DNA from: Rhodospirillaceae bacterium
Lineage (GTDB): Bacteria; Pseudomonadota; Alphaproteobacteria; GCA-2731375
DNA: 64,000 nucleotides
Direction of reading: 5' to 3'
Assembly (NCBI GenBank): GCA_018701215.1
Contig: JABIWH010000018.1
Coordinates: forward strand, 14,861 to 78,860
This document shows positions 47,842-58,795 of the stretch, in pieces (position 1 is the stretch's first letter; every line of letters begins with the position of its first letter). The notes beneath the pieces were generated by a model. That model was not told the origin of the DNA. It was given only the letters and a program-made list of their open reading frames with translations, and made no database searches. Position numbers and translations under genes: made by a program.

Positions 47842-48780
47842 TCAGACTACCAGGTGCCGTCCTGTGCCGTTCGTGTCTCGCAGCCAGGCTTGCTTACCGC
47901 CGCCTCGGCGCAACAGTTCCGCCGCCCTTTCGGGGGGCGATAGATACAGCGCCGTGGACAGGGCGTCGGCGGCGGCCGCGGTGCGGGCCAGGACGGAGAC
48001 GGCGGCATAGTGCCGGGCGCTGCGGCCGGTAACCGGATGCAGCAGATGATGCGGGCCTTCCCCTGCCGCGAAAGGACTGCCCGCGCCGGCGGAGGTGGCG
48101 ACGGCGGCATTCGTAAGATCCAAGGTCGCAACCCTACCCGGCAGCGCGACCGACCAGGGGCGTCCTGGTAGGGCGCGGATCTCGCCCAGGTTCAACAATA
48201 CGTCCGACCAACCCCTGGCGCGGAGCAGATCAGCGACCCGGTCGGTGATATAGCCTTGCGCGATACCGTTCAGAGTCAGGGCCATGCCGGGTTCAAGGTG
48301 GATAGCTTCGGCGCCGATGGCAATGCGCCGGTAGTCGATATGCTGCTGTACCGCCCTGATGGCATCGGGCGAAGGCCCGGCAAGATCGTCGGGATGGTTG
48401 ACGAAATGTTCGGCGTATAGTTGCCACAACGGCTGTATCGAGGGATCGAAGGCGCCCTGGCTCAGATCGCAGTACTGCCGGCAAAGCTGTAACAGGCGGC
48501 GCATGTCGTGGGATGGCGCCGTCAATTGTCCGGCTGCGTTCAATCTATTCAGTGCGGAGCCGGCACGATATAGGCTGAACTCGTTCTCCAAACGGGAAAT
48601 TTCACCCAGGCAGGCCTTGATCGCGGCTTCGGCGGCGGCTTTATCGGGATGATACAGCACGATTTTCGCCTCGGCACCCAAGGCGCCGCCTTGCCATTCA
48701 AAGCGCCGCGGCTGGGCCGCCGCGGCACCAGGCAACAGCGTGGCGGTAGCCGCGATGGCGATAAAGCGGCGCCGGGTCAT
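47842..48780 (-). CDS. nirX: FAD:protein FMN transferase (ApbE family), NirX/NosX-type
   Basis: Tat signal MTRRRFIAIAATATLLPGAAAA. ApbE fold. Located directly downstream of nirI, as in the Paracoccus nirIX operon. Start chosen at 48780 to avoid overlap with nirI. Confidence 0.7.
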   Translation of the reverse strand: MTRRRFIAIAATATLLPGAAAAQPRRFEWQGGALGAEAKIVLYHPDKAAAEAAIKACLGEISRLENEFSLYRAGSALNRLNAAGQLTAPSHDMRRLLQLCRQYCDLSQGAFDPSIQPLWQLYAEHFVNHPDDLAGPSPDAIRAVQQHIDYRRIAIGAEAIHLEPGMALTLNGIAQGYITDRVADLLRARGWSDVLLNLGEIRALPGRPWSVALPGRVATLDLTNAAVATSAGAGSPFAAGEGPHHLLHPVTGRSARHYAAVSVLARTAAAADALSTALYLSPPERAAELLRRGGGKQAWLRDTNGTGRHLVV

Positions 48781-48815
48781 ATTGGGGCTCATGGTGGGGA
48801 CAGCACCCGTACGCA

Positions 48816-51026
48816 TCAGCTTGCCCTTTCCACGTATGCGGCCTGCTTGGCGGCCCGTTCTTCCTGACGCTTGCGCCGGGACACCAACGGCGGACATTTC
48901 CCATTGTCATAGAAATTTGCCTGACAGGCCAGGCAATGAATGCATTCATTGGGATTGATGGAGCCATCGGGATGGATCGCCTGCACGGTACAGTTCACGG
49001 CGCAGAGGCGGCACTCGCGGCCGCACTGAAAGCGCCGCTTCAACCACTCGAACATGCGCAGCCGCGCCGGAATGGCCAATGCCGCGCCCAGGGGACACAG
49101 ATAACGGCAGAAAAACCGCTCTATGAACAGGCCCAGGAACAACAGCCCGCCGACATAGGCCACGAATGGCCAATGGCGCACGAAGTGCATGGAGATCGCG
49201 GTCTTGAACGGCTCCACTTCCGAGCCGGCGATGGCCATGATCGTTGAATGCAGCGAGACCGCGAACAGGCCGAGAAAAATGATGTGCTTGATCGGCCAGA
49301 GGCGTTCGTGCAGCGCGAACGGCACGGTGATTTGCGGAATGCGTAACAGCCGCGCCCCTTCGTTCAGCAATTCCTGTAGGGCGCCAAAGGGGCACAGCCA
49401 GCCGCAGAACACCCCTCGGCCCCAGAACAACAGGGTCACGGCGACATAGCCCCAAAGAATGAAAATCAACGGATCAAGCAGGAAGAATTCCCAGCGGAAA
49501 CCGCTCAAAAGGGATTGCACGAAAGTCAGCACATTTATCACCGACAACTGCGCGCCCGCGTACCAGCCGATCCAGACCAGGGTCACCGTCAAATAGACCA
49601 GCCGGACCGAACGATAGAGCCGCTGCCGCTGTACCAAATTATCCTGAAAAACCAGTATCGCGCTTAGGATCGCCAACAAACCCAACAGCGTCGCGATCCG
49701 GCCCACCCGGTCGCGCCAGTTGCGCAGCCACAGGGCGGGTTCCCCCTGGGTCAGCTGTTGCTGCAAATAAAACAGTACCCGGTCCATCTGATTGTCCGTC
49801 TGCGCCGCCGTTTTTACGTCGCCGCCAAGGCGGTAGCGTGCGGGTAATACATAGGACAACGGAAAATCCAGGTGCACCAGGCCGCCCTGTTTGGTTTCCC
49901 GGCTGACCAGTAGTTCCAGGCGCCATTCGGCCAGGGGATTGAAACCGGTATCGGCGGGCAGGACAAAAACCCCGGTCTCGCGCAGCGACGGCGCGGTGGC
50001 GATTTTCACGGACTCAACAAAATGATAATGCTTTTTCACTAGGCGAATAATCTTGTCGCCCTGCACGATCTGAATGCGGTCGAACAGGCCGGAACGGCGA
50101 TACCGCGTCCCCTTGTAGGAATAGATCCCGTTGCCGGCGATGAATATGGCCTGATCCTTTGGGCTCATGTCCCGCAAAAGGCGATTGAAGGCCTGCGGGC
50201 CCAACAGATTCTGGCCAACCCGGGGCGGCGTAATCAGGGCCGTGTAGAGTTCGGAATACAGCTCCTCGGGCGCTTGATCGCCGGGAAATTCCGCACCCGG
50301 AATGGCGACCCTGTCGCGGTAGGCCTGTTCGATATTACCGTGATTAAGGATCAGGTGGGCAATGGAGCCATCGGCGCGCAGTTCCTGCCAATCAGCGGGT
50401 TCATAAGTCTCGCGGTCAAGGCGAACCTTGGCCTGCACCGCCGCCAGCAAACCGCGGCTACGCGCCACGGTTCGGGCCGCCCGGACCACCGAGTCAGCGA
50501 TCACCGAGCTGGAAATGGTGGCGCCCGAAATCGCATCAGGTAGCGCGCCGAGGCGGTTGGCGACTTGGCGCACTTGCCCTGGTTGGTGGATATCGACACC
50601 GGCAAAACCCGCGACAAAATCCCGCAATGCCTGATCAGGAATGCCGATTACCAGAATTGGTTCATTGTGGCTGCGCAACAGCGCGCCGGTGATCAGGCCC
50701 TTATTGGTAATGCCCACCATGATATCGATAGGCTTACCGGAAAACCCAACCGATCCGACAACATCCTGAGTTGAAAAAATATAACCAATGCGGGCGCCGC
50801 CCTTGAAGACCGAGGCCGCCAGAGGCTTGCCAGCCAGGGAACCGGCCCGATCGGCGCCGGGAAACACCTGGGCCAGGGTTTCGGGACCAATGCGCTCACC
50901 CTGCTTGGCCCAGCTGGGCCCGGCAAACAAGATCAGAGGCGATATCAGAGCCAATATCAGAGCCAAATGCAGCGCTCGTGCGTCAATCGTGGAGCGCGCC
51001 TTGCTGAATATCATGCTGAATATCAT
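48816..51026 (-). CDS. nirI: NosR/NirI-family membrane-bound FMN-binding iron-sulfur regulator of nitrite reductase expression
   Basis: 736 aa. Periplasmic FMN-binding domain, 6 TM helices, two C-terminal ferredoxin-type cysteine clusters (CGWLCPFGALQE, CRYLCPLGA, CGRECRLCAVNC, CIHCLACQ). Divergent from nirS. Confidence 0.85.
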   Translation of the reverse strand: MIFSMIFSKARSTIDARALHLALILALISPLILFAGPSWAKQGERIGPETLAQVFPGADRAGSLAGKPLAASVFKGGARIGYIFSTQDVVGSVGFSGKPIDIMVGITNKGLITGALLRSHNEPILVIGIPDQALRDFVAGFAGVDIHQPGQVRQVANRLGALPDAISGATISSSVIADSVVRAARTVARSRGLLAAVQAKVRLDRETYEPADWQELRADGSIAHLILNHGNIEQAYRDRVAIPGAEFPGDQAPEELYSELYTALITPPRVGQNLLGPQAFNRLLRDMSPKDQAIFIAGNGIYSYKGTRYRRSGLFDRIQIVQGDKIIRLVKKHYHFVESVKIATAPSLRETGVFVLPADTGFNPLAEWRLELLVSRETKQGGLVHLDFPLSYVLPARYRLGGDVKTAAQTDNQMDRVLFYLQQQLTQGEPALWLRNWRDRVGRIATLLGLLAILSAILVFQDNLVQRQRLYRSVRLVYLTVTLVWIGWYAGAQLSVINVLTFVQSLLSGFRWEFFLLDPLIFILWGYVAVTLLFWGRGVFCGWLCPFGALQELLNEGARLLRIPQITVPFALHERLWPIKHIIFLGLFAVSLHSTIMAIAGSEVEPFKTAISMHFVRHWPFVAYVGGLLFLGLFIERFFCRYLCPLGAALAIPARLRMFEWLKRRFQCGRECRLCAVNCTVQAIHPDGSINPNECIHCLACQANFYDNGKCPPLVSRRKRQEERAAKQAAYVERAS

Positions 51027-51171
51027 GCGATACAGGGCCTAGTCTTGCAGCGGCATGGTTGGGCCATGGTCAACCCCATGGCCGTCCCTGCCGTGATGCC
51101 TTTCCGACATGGAGAACCCCGCTCACTCAATTTCGCACCATAAAGGATGCCGGCATTTTTCTTACCCGAAA

Positions 51172-51185
51172 ATGACCACGGTCAA
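51172..51185. promoter_or_regulatory. NNR/FNR-type box (ATGAC-CACG-GTCAA) in the nirI-nirS divergent promoter region
   Basis: 13/14 match to TTGAC-N4-GTCAA, centred ~67 bp upstream of the nirS ATG. Confidence 0.45.
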
Positions 51186-51212
51186 GGATTGTTAACTTCG
51201 TATCGCTAATGA

Positions 51213-52997
<1,785 letters not shown>

Positions 52998-53023
52998 GAC
53001 GGACGTCTAATCCAATGTGGCGT

Positions 53024-53051
53024 GGGATCGAAAAGTTAACCTTTTCGATCC
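53024..53051 (+). terminator. Perfect hairpin GGGATCGAAAAG-TTAA-CTTTTCGATCCC after nirS (terminator/attenuator-like, no U-tract)
   Basis: 12-bp perfect inverted repeat 27 bp after the nirS stop and before nirE. Confidence 0.4.
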
Positions 53052-53119
53052 CGCCGTCCGCTACAATCTATGTAGTCGAATTTTACCTAGACGACGCGTG
53101 ACCGCGGGGGACGCTCTAG

Positions 53120-53923
53120 ATGACCAAAGCGAGTACAGTATTTCTTGTCGGCGCCGGGCCAGGGGATCCGGAGTTGTTGACGATGAAGGCGCACCGATTG
53201 CTGCAGGCCGCCGAGGTGGTGGTTTATGACCGGTTGGTTTCGGCCGAAATTCTGGCCCTGATCCCGGCGGGCGCGACCCTGATCAGCGTTGGCAAACAGC
53301 CGCATAACCATCCCATTCCGCAGCCCGAGATCAACCAGTTGCTGGTCCGCCTGGCCAGGGCCGGCCGCAATGTCGTCCGCCTGAAGGGCGGTGACCCTTA
53401 TGTTTTTGGCCGCGGTTCGGAAGAAGCCATAACCTTGGTCGAAAATAACGTGCCATTCGAAGTCGTACCGGGCATTACCTCGGCCTCGGCCTGCTCGGCC
53501 TCCGTCGGCATGCCCTTGACCCATCGCGGCCTGGCCACCGGCGTTCGTTATTTGACCGGCCATTGCCGGGAAGACAGCGAGCTGGATTTTGACTGGCAGG
53601 GCCTGGCCGATCCATCGACCACCCTGGTGATCTATATGGGCATGGCCAATGTGGAACAAATCACCGAGAACTTGATCAAACACGGCGCCGACCCGAAATT
53701 GCCCGCCGCCGCCATCAACAATGGCAGCACGCCGGCGCAACGGCACGTCGTATCCAGCTTGGAAAAACTGGCCGGCGATGCCAAGGCCGCTGAATTCAAT
53801 GGACCGGTATTGTTCGTCGTCGGTCAAGTCGTGGCCCTGCATGCCATCCTGGGCGTGCAAGTGGATGCCAATCAAGATCAGGCTCAAGACGATGAACAGC
53901 CGAATTCCGCCGTGGGCAGCTAG
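53120..53923 (+). CDS. nirE: Uroporphyrinogen-III C-methyltransferase (SUMT) of the heme-d1 pathway
   Basis: TP methylase starting VFLVGAGPGDPELLTMKA. CobA/CysG-C-like, 267 aa. First gene after nirS. Confidence 0.9.
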   Translation: MTKASTVFLVGAGPGDPELLTMKAHRLLQAAEVVVYDRLVSAEILALIPAGATLISVGKQPHNHPIPQPEINQLLVRLARAGRNVVRLKGGDPYVFGRGSEEAITLVENNVPFEVVPGITSASACSASVGMPLTHRGLATGVRYLTGHCREDSELDFDWQGLADPSTTLVIYMGMANVEQITENLIKHGADPKLPAAAINNGSTPAQRHVVSSLEKLAGDAKAAEFNGPVLFVVGQVVALHAILGVQVDANQDQAQDDEQPNSAVGS

Positions 53924-53987
53924 AGCAATTCCGATCCAATGTGGATCGCCCAAGAGCCCTGAGCGATTCTAAGTGCCAAGATTGTCG

Positions 53988-54374
53988 ATGGGAAAAATTG
54001 CTCTATTCTTAAGAATCAGAGCATTTCCTATTCGGAAATGCTTTAGGGCCTGCCTGACCGCTGCCTTGTTTGCGACGTCGATCACTCCAGTTTGCAGCGA
54101 AGAAAGTATTTCGACGGCGCGGCAGACGGAATTGCTGTATCTCTTGCAACAGGATTGCGGCTCCTGCCATGGCCTGACCCTCAAGGGCGGCCTGGGCACG
54201 CCGCTGTTGCCGGAAAATTTAGCGGACAAGCCCGATGATGCCCTGGTTGAGATAATCATGCAAGGGCTGCCGGGTACGCCCATGCCGCCCTGGCGCTTTC
54301 TGCTCAAGGAACAGGAAGCCGCGTTCCTGGTACGGGCCATGAAGACGGGCCAGACACTGAAAATCGAGCAATGA
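53988..54374 (+). CDS. nirC: Cytochrome c55X
   Basis: Signal peptide plus the single heme-c site CGSCHG, then GLPGTPMPPW. ~128 aa. Position between nirE and nirF. Confidence 0.7.
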   Translation: MGKIALFLRIRAFPIRKCFRACLTAALFATSITPVCSEESISTARQTELLYLLQQDCGSCHGLTLKGGLGTPLLPENLADKPDDALVEIIMQGLPGTPMPPWRFLLKEQEAAFLVRAMKTGQTLKIEQ

Positions 54375-54384
54375 AAGTCGAAAA

Positions 54385-55587
54385 ATGAGGTCTTTAGGGA
54401 AAATTTCCACCTTTCTGGCAACGGCCGCTCTGCTCATCTCGGCCATGGCCAACGCCCAAGCTGATGATGGTTTGAAACTGCGCGGCACCGGCGATCTGGG
54501 CCTGGTGATTGAACGCGCCCATGGCAGCATCCAAATTATTGACACGACCCAGCGCGCGGCCCTGGGCCGGGTCAAGGGCCTGGGCGATCTCAGCCATGCC
54601 TCCGCCGTCTATTCCAGGGATGGGCGCTATGCCTATATCTTTGGCCGCGACGGCGGCTTGAGCAAGGTCGATATCCTGCAACGGCGCATCGCCAAACGTG
54701 TCGTGCAATCGGGCAACAGCATCGGCGGCGCGATTTCCCAGGACGGCAGCCTGGTGGCCGTCTCCAATTACAAGCCGGGCGGGGTCAAGGTGTTTGATGC
54801 GGCGACGTTGGAATTGGTGGCCGACATTCCGGCCCAGGCCAGTGACGGCAGCGGCCTCTCCAAGGTGGTTGGCCTGGCCGATGCGCCGGGGCAACGCTTT
54901 ATCTTCTCGCTTTATAACGCCGGCGAGATTTGGATCGCTGATTTTTCAGACCGCGGCAACGTTAAGCTGACCAAATATACTGATATTGGCGAGCTGCCCT
55001 ATGACGGCCTGATCACCGATGATGGCCGCTATTACATCGCCGGCCTGTTCGGCGAGGACGGCATGGCAATGCTGGATCTGTGGCAGCCCGAAAAAGGCGT
55101 GCGCCGTATTCTGGACGGCTATGGCCGGGGCGAGGAGAAGCTGCCGGTCTACAAGATGCCCCATCTGGAAGGCTGGGCCCGGGCCGGTGACGTGATTTTT
55201 CTGCCCGCCGTGGGCCGCCATGAAGTCCTGATGGTCGCGCCCGGCAGCTGGAAAGAGGTTGGGCGCATTGCCGTCCATGGCCAGCCGATCTTTGCCGTGG
55301 CCCGGCCCGACGGCCGCCAGGTCTGGGTCAATTTCGCCCATCCGCTGAACGACACGGTGCAGGTTATCGACGTGCCCAGCCGCAAGATCGTGCACGAATT
55401 CAAGCCGGGCAAGGCAGTGCTGCATCTGGAGTTCACGCCCAGGGGCGAGCAGGTCTGGATTTCCGTGCGCGATGCCAACCGGGTCGATGTCTATGACACC
55501 GAAAGTTTCGCGCGGCTGCAAACCCTGCCGGCGCAAAAACCATCGGGAATTTTTCTCACCGCCCGGGCCAATCGGATCGGGTTATAG
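54385..55587 (+). CDS. nirF: Heme d1 biosynthesis protein NirF (cd1-like beta-propeller, dihydro-heme d1 dehydrogenase)
   Basis: Signal peptide and a 400-aa WD/propeller protein homologous to the NirS d1 domain. Confidence 0.85.
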   Translation: MRSLGKISTFLATAALLISAMANAQADDGLKLRGTGDLGLVIERAHGSIQIIDTTQRAALGRVKGLGDLSHASAVYSRDGRYAYIFGRDGGLSKVDILQRRIAKRVVQSGNSIGGAISQDGSLVAVSNYKPGGVKVFDAATLELVADIPAQASDGSGLSKVVGLADAPGQRFIFSLYNAGEIWIADFSDRGNVKLTKYTDIGELPYDGLITDDGRYYIAGLFGEDGMAMLDLWQPEKGVRRILDGYGRGEEKLPVYKMPHLEGWARAGDVIFLPAVGRHEVLMVAPGSWKEVGRIAVHGQPIFAVARPDGRQVWVNFAHPLNDTVQVIDVPSRKIVHEFKPGKAVLHLEFTPRGEQVWISVRDANRVDVYDTESFARLQTLPAQKPSGIFLTARANRIGL

Positions 55588-55591
55588 GCCG

Positions 55592-56050
55592 ATGCCTGCC
55601 GTGCAAGCCATCACGGAACAGGAGCGGGCGCTGCTGAACAGCTATCAGCGGGATTTCCCGCTGCAAGCCCGCCCTTACGCGGCCATGGCGGACGCTTTGG
55701 GGATGGACGAGGATGCTCTGTTGGCAATGCTGCGGGGCCTGCAGGAACGCGGTATCCTGGGCCGGGTCGGTGTCACGGTGCGGCCCAACAGCGCCGGCGC
55801 CTCCACCCTGGCCGCGCTTGCCGTGCCGCCCGCGCGCCTGGATGCGGTGGCCGATCAGGTCAGCGCGCTGAAGTCGGTAAATCACAATTACGCCCGCGAA
55901 CATGACTTTAATCTGTGGTTTGTCCTGACTGCCGCCGATGACGCCGGGCTTGACCAGGCCTTGGCCGAAATAGCAAGCACGACCGGCCTGACGCCCATCA
56001 AGCTACCGCTGGATGCGGAATACCACATTGATCTGGGGTTCACCCTATGA
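55592..56050 (+). CDS. nirD: Siroheme decarboxylase subunit NirD (Lrp/AsnC-like)
   Basis: ~150-aa AsnC-type HTH + RAM-like protein, first of four paralogous genes (nirDLGH). Start at MPAVQAITEQE. Confidence 0.8.
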   Translation: MPAVQAITEQERALLNSYQRDFPLQARPYAAMADALGMDEDALLAMLRGLQERGILGRVGVTVRPNSAGASTLAALAVPPARLDAVADQVSALKSVNHNYAREHDFNLWFVLTAADDAGLDQALAEIASTTGLTPIKLPLDAEYHIDLGFTL

Positions 56051-56550
56051 TCGAAATCGCCGACAAGGATCATCAGCTGCTGGCACGCCTGGCCGACGGT
56101 TTGCCCCTGGTATCGCGGCCCTATGCCGAGATGGGAGCTGAATTGGGCTTGTCGGAAGACGATGTAATCGCCCGTCTGCGCCATCTGGTAGACAGCGGCA
56201 TCATCCGCCGTTTCGGCCTGATCGTGCGGCATCATGAACTGGGCTATCGGGCCAACGCCATGTCGGTCTGGGACGTCCCCGACGACGAGGTCGATGCCCT
56301 GGGCGCGGATTTGGCCGCCTACCCCTTCGTCACCCTGTGCTACCGCCGACGCCGCCAGCCGCCGCGCTGGCCCTATAATTTGTTCGCCATGGTGCACGGC
56401 AAGGAACGGGCCCATGTGCTGAGCCAGATCGCGCAACTGAACGAACAGCTTGGCCTGGAGCATCTGCGCCACCACGTCTTGTTCTCCACCAAGCGCTATA
56501 AACAAAGCGCGGCCCGCTTCGGCGACCGCGGCCTGGCGAAAGCCGGCTGA
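56047..56550 (+). CDS. nirL: Siroheme decarboxylase subunit NirL
   Basis: Paralog of NirD/G/H (AsnC-like). 4-nt overlap with nirD. Confidence 0.8.
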   Translation: MIEIADKDHQLLARLADGLPLVSRPYAEMGAELGLSEDDVIARLRHLVDSGIIRRFGLIVRHHELGYRANAMSVWDVPDDEVDALGADLAAYPFVTLCYRRRRQPPRWPYNLFAMVHGKERAHVLSQIAQLNEQLGLEHLRHHVLFSTKRYKQSAARFGDRGLAKAG

Positions 56551-57011
56551 TGACGGAAAAACACCCACTGGACGAGATCGACCGCCGGATCATCAATGGT
56601 CTGCAGGGCGGCTTTCCCATCTGTTCTTCACCCTATGCCGCCGTGGCACATGATATGGGCCTTGCCGAGGATGACCTGCTGCGCCGTTTGCAGCGTCTGC
56701 GCACGGATGGTTTGTTGAGCCGTTTTGGACCCATGTATCACGCCGAAAAACTCGGCGGTGCCCTGACCCTGGCCGCGATCTCCGTGCCCGAGGACCGCTA
56801 TGATGCGGTGGCCGAGCAGGTCAATGCCCACGCCGAGGTCGCTCACAATTACGCCCGTGAACATCAACTGAATATGTGGTTTGTTCTGGCAACGGAACAA
56901 TTATCCCGGATCGACGAAGTGATCGCGGAGATCGAAGCGGAAACCGGCCTGAAGGTCTACAACATGCCGAAGAAGGAAGAGTTCTTTATCGGCCTGAGAT
57001 TTGAAGCATGA
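56550..57011 (+). CDS. nirG: Siroheme decarboxylase subunit NirG
   Basis: Paralog of NirD/L/H. ATGA overlap with nirL. Confidence 0.8.
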   Translation: MTEKHPLDEIDRRIINGLQGGFPICSSPYAAVAHDMGLAEDDLLRRLQRLRTDGLLSRFGPMYHAEKLGGALTLAAISVPEDRYDAVAEQVNAHAEVAHNYAREHQLNMWFVLATEQLSRIDEVIAEIEAETGLKVYNMPKKEEFFIGLRFEA

Positions 57012-57021
57012 GGTTCGAGGC

Positions 57022-57516
57022 ATGAGCGAAAGCAGCGATCTCCTGGACGAAACCGACCGGCGCATCATCGTCGCCACCCAGGGCGGCCTGCCGCTGGTGG
57101 CGGAACCCTATGGGGCGGTGGCGGATGAGTTGGGCCTGGATGTTGATGATGTCATGGCGCGCATGCAACGGATGCTGGACGGCGGCCTGATCCGCCGCAT
57201 CGGCGCCGTGCCGAACCATTACGCCCTGGGCTATCGCGCCAACGGCATGTCGGTCTGGGATGTCCCGGATGAAGACATCTCGGAGATCGGGAAAATGGTG
57301 GGGGATTTGGATTTCGTCTCGCACTGCTATCATCGGCCCCGGCATTTGCCGTACTGGAGCTATAACCTGTTTGCCATGGTGCATGGCCGGGACCGGGATG
57401 AAGTATCGGACAAAGTTGAACGGATCGCAAAGTTGATGGGGATCAAGGACCGCAGGCACGAGATTTTATACTCTCACCGCATCCTGAAAAAGACGGGTTT
57501 GCGTTTCACGGCCTGA
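57022..57516 (+). CDS. nirH: Siroheme decarboxylase subunit NirH
   Basis: Paralog of NirD/L/G. Start MSESSDLL. Confidence 0.8.
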   Translation: MSESSDLLDETDRRIIVATQGGLPLVAEPYGAVADELGLDVDDVMARMQRMLDGGLIRRIGAVPNHYALGYRANGMSVWDVPDEDISEIGKMVGDLDFVSHCYHRPRHLPYWSYNLFAMVHGRDRDEVSDKVERIAKLMGIKDRRHEILYSHRILKKTGLRFTA

Positions 57517-57568
57517 GATCGAGTGAAAAGGCCGCAGGGATAAACCGAATAAATTTGGGGACACATTC

Positions 57569-58795
57569 ATGTTTCGTATTAGTCAATATATGCGCGAAAT
57601 AGCTTCGCCCACACCGTTGCCCGCACCCGGTGCGCCAAAGCGTGGACCGTCCGGGCCGGTGGTGATCTGGAATTTGATCCGGCGCTGCAATCTCAATTGC
57701 AAGCATTGCTATTCCATTTCCGCCGACACCGACTTCGCCGGCGAGTTGAGCACGGGTGAAATCTTCACCGTGATGACAGACCTGCGCGGCTTCGGCGTGC
57801 CGGTATTGATCCTCTCGGGCGGCGAGCCGCTGTTGCGCCCGGACATTTTTGAAATTTCGGCCAAGGCCAAGGAGATGGGGTTCTACGTCGGCCTGTCGTC
57901 GAACGGAACCTTGATCAATGACGGCAATATCGAAGCCATCAAAGCGGCCAACTACAACTATGTGGGCGTTTCCCTGGACGGCATTGGCGCCACCCACGAT
58001 GCCTTTCGCCGTAAAGAGGGCGCTTATGACACCTCGCTGGCCGGCGTGCGGTTGTGCCTGGAGGCCGGGATCAAGGTCGGCCTGCGCTTTACCATGACCA
58101 TGGATAATGCCCACGAGCTGCCCAACATGCTGTCCCTGGTCGAGGCCGAGAAAATCGATAAATTCTATCTCTCCCACCTGAATTATGCCGGGCGGGGTAA
58201 CCGCAACCGGGCCGACGATGCCCAGCATGCCAACACCCGGGAAGCCATGGACCTGATGTTTGATACCGCCTGGGATCATGTCGAACGCGGCCTGGATACG
58301 GAATTCGTCTCCGGCAACAACGATGCCGACGGTGTCTACCTGCTGTTCTGGCTGCAAAAACGCTTCCCCGACCGGCCCGAGCTGTTGGCCCACATGCGGG
58401 CTAAGCTGGCACTGTGGGGCGGCAATTCATCCGGCGTCAACGTCGCCAATATCGACAACCTGGGCAATGTGCATCCCGATACCATGTGGTGGCATTACGA
58501 TCTGGGCAATGTGCGCCAGCGGCCATTTTCCGAGATCTGGGTGGATACTTCCGATCCCATCATGGCCGGCTTGAAACAAAGCCCGCGCCAGATCAAAGGC
58601 CGTTGCGGCGCCTGCCAGTATTTCGATATCTGCGCCGGCAACACCCGCGTGCGCGCCCTGCAATTGACCGGCGATGCCTGGGCCGAGGACCCCGCCTGTT
58701 ATCTGAACGATCAGGAAATCGGTATCGAGGACGGCGGTGAACGGCTGGCGGTAACGCCCTATACGCGGGAGAGCCAACGTGCGTTGGGTCTATAG
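57569..58795 (+). CDS. nirJ: Radical-SAM heme d1 biosynthesis protein NirJ
   Basis: CNLNCKHC (CxxxCxxC) radical-SAM motif. C-terminal SPASM-like cysteines (CGACQYFDICAG). 408 aa. Confidence 0.85.
   Translation: MFRISQYMREIASPTPLPAPGAPKRGPSGPVVIWNLIRRCNLNCKHCYSISADTDFAGELSTGEIFTVMTDLRGFGVPVLILSGGEPLLRPDIFEISAKAKEMGFYVGLSSNGTLINDGNIEAIKAANYNYVGVSLDGIGATHDAFRRKEGAYDTSLAGVRLCLEAGIKVGLRFTMTMDNAHELPNMLSLVEAEKIDKFYLSHLNYAGRGNRNRADDAQHANTREAMDLMFDTAWDHVERGLDTEFVSGNNDADGVYLLFWLQKRFPDRPELLAHMRAKLALWGGNSSGVNVANIDNLGNVHPDTMWWHYDLGNVRQRPFSEIWVDTSDPIMAGLKQSPRQIKGRCGACQYFDICAGNTRVRALQLTGDAWAEDPACYLNDQEIGIEDGGERLAVTPYTRESQRALGL

Noticed and set aside
47842-48897. Long form of nirX starting at 48897 (MSAVGVPAQ...) overlapping nirI by 82 nt
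   Set aside because: The Tat signal peptide begins at MTRRRF (48780), downstream of the nirI stop. The upstream extension is Arg/Gly-rich with no function.
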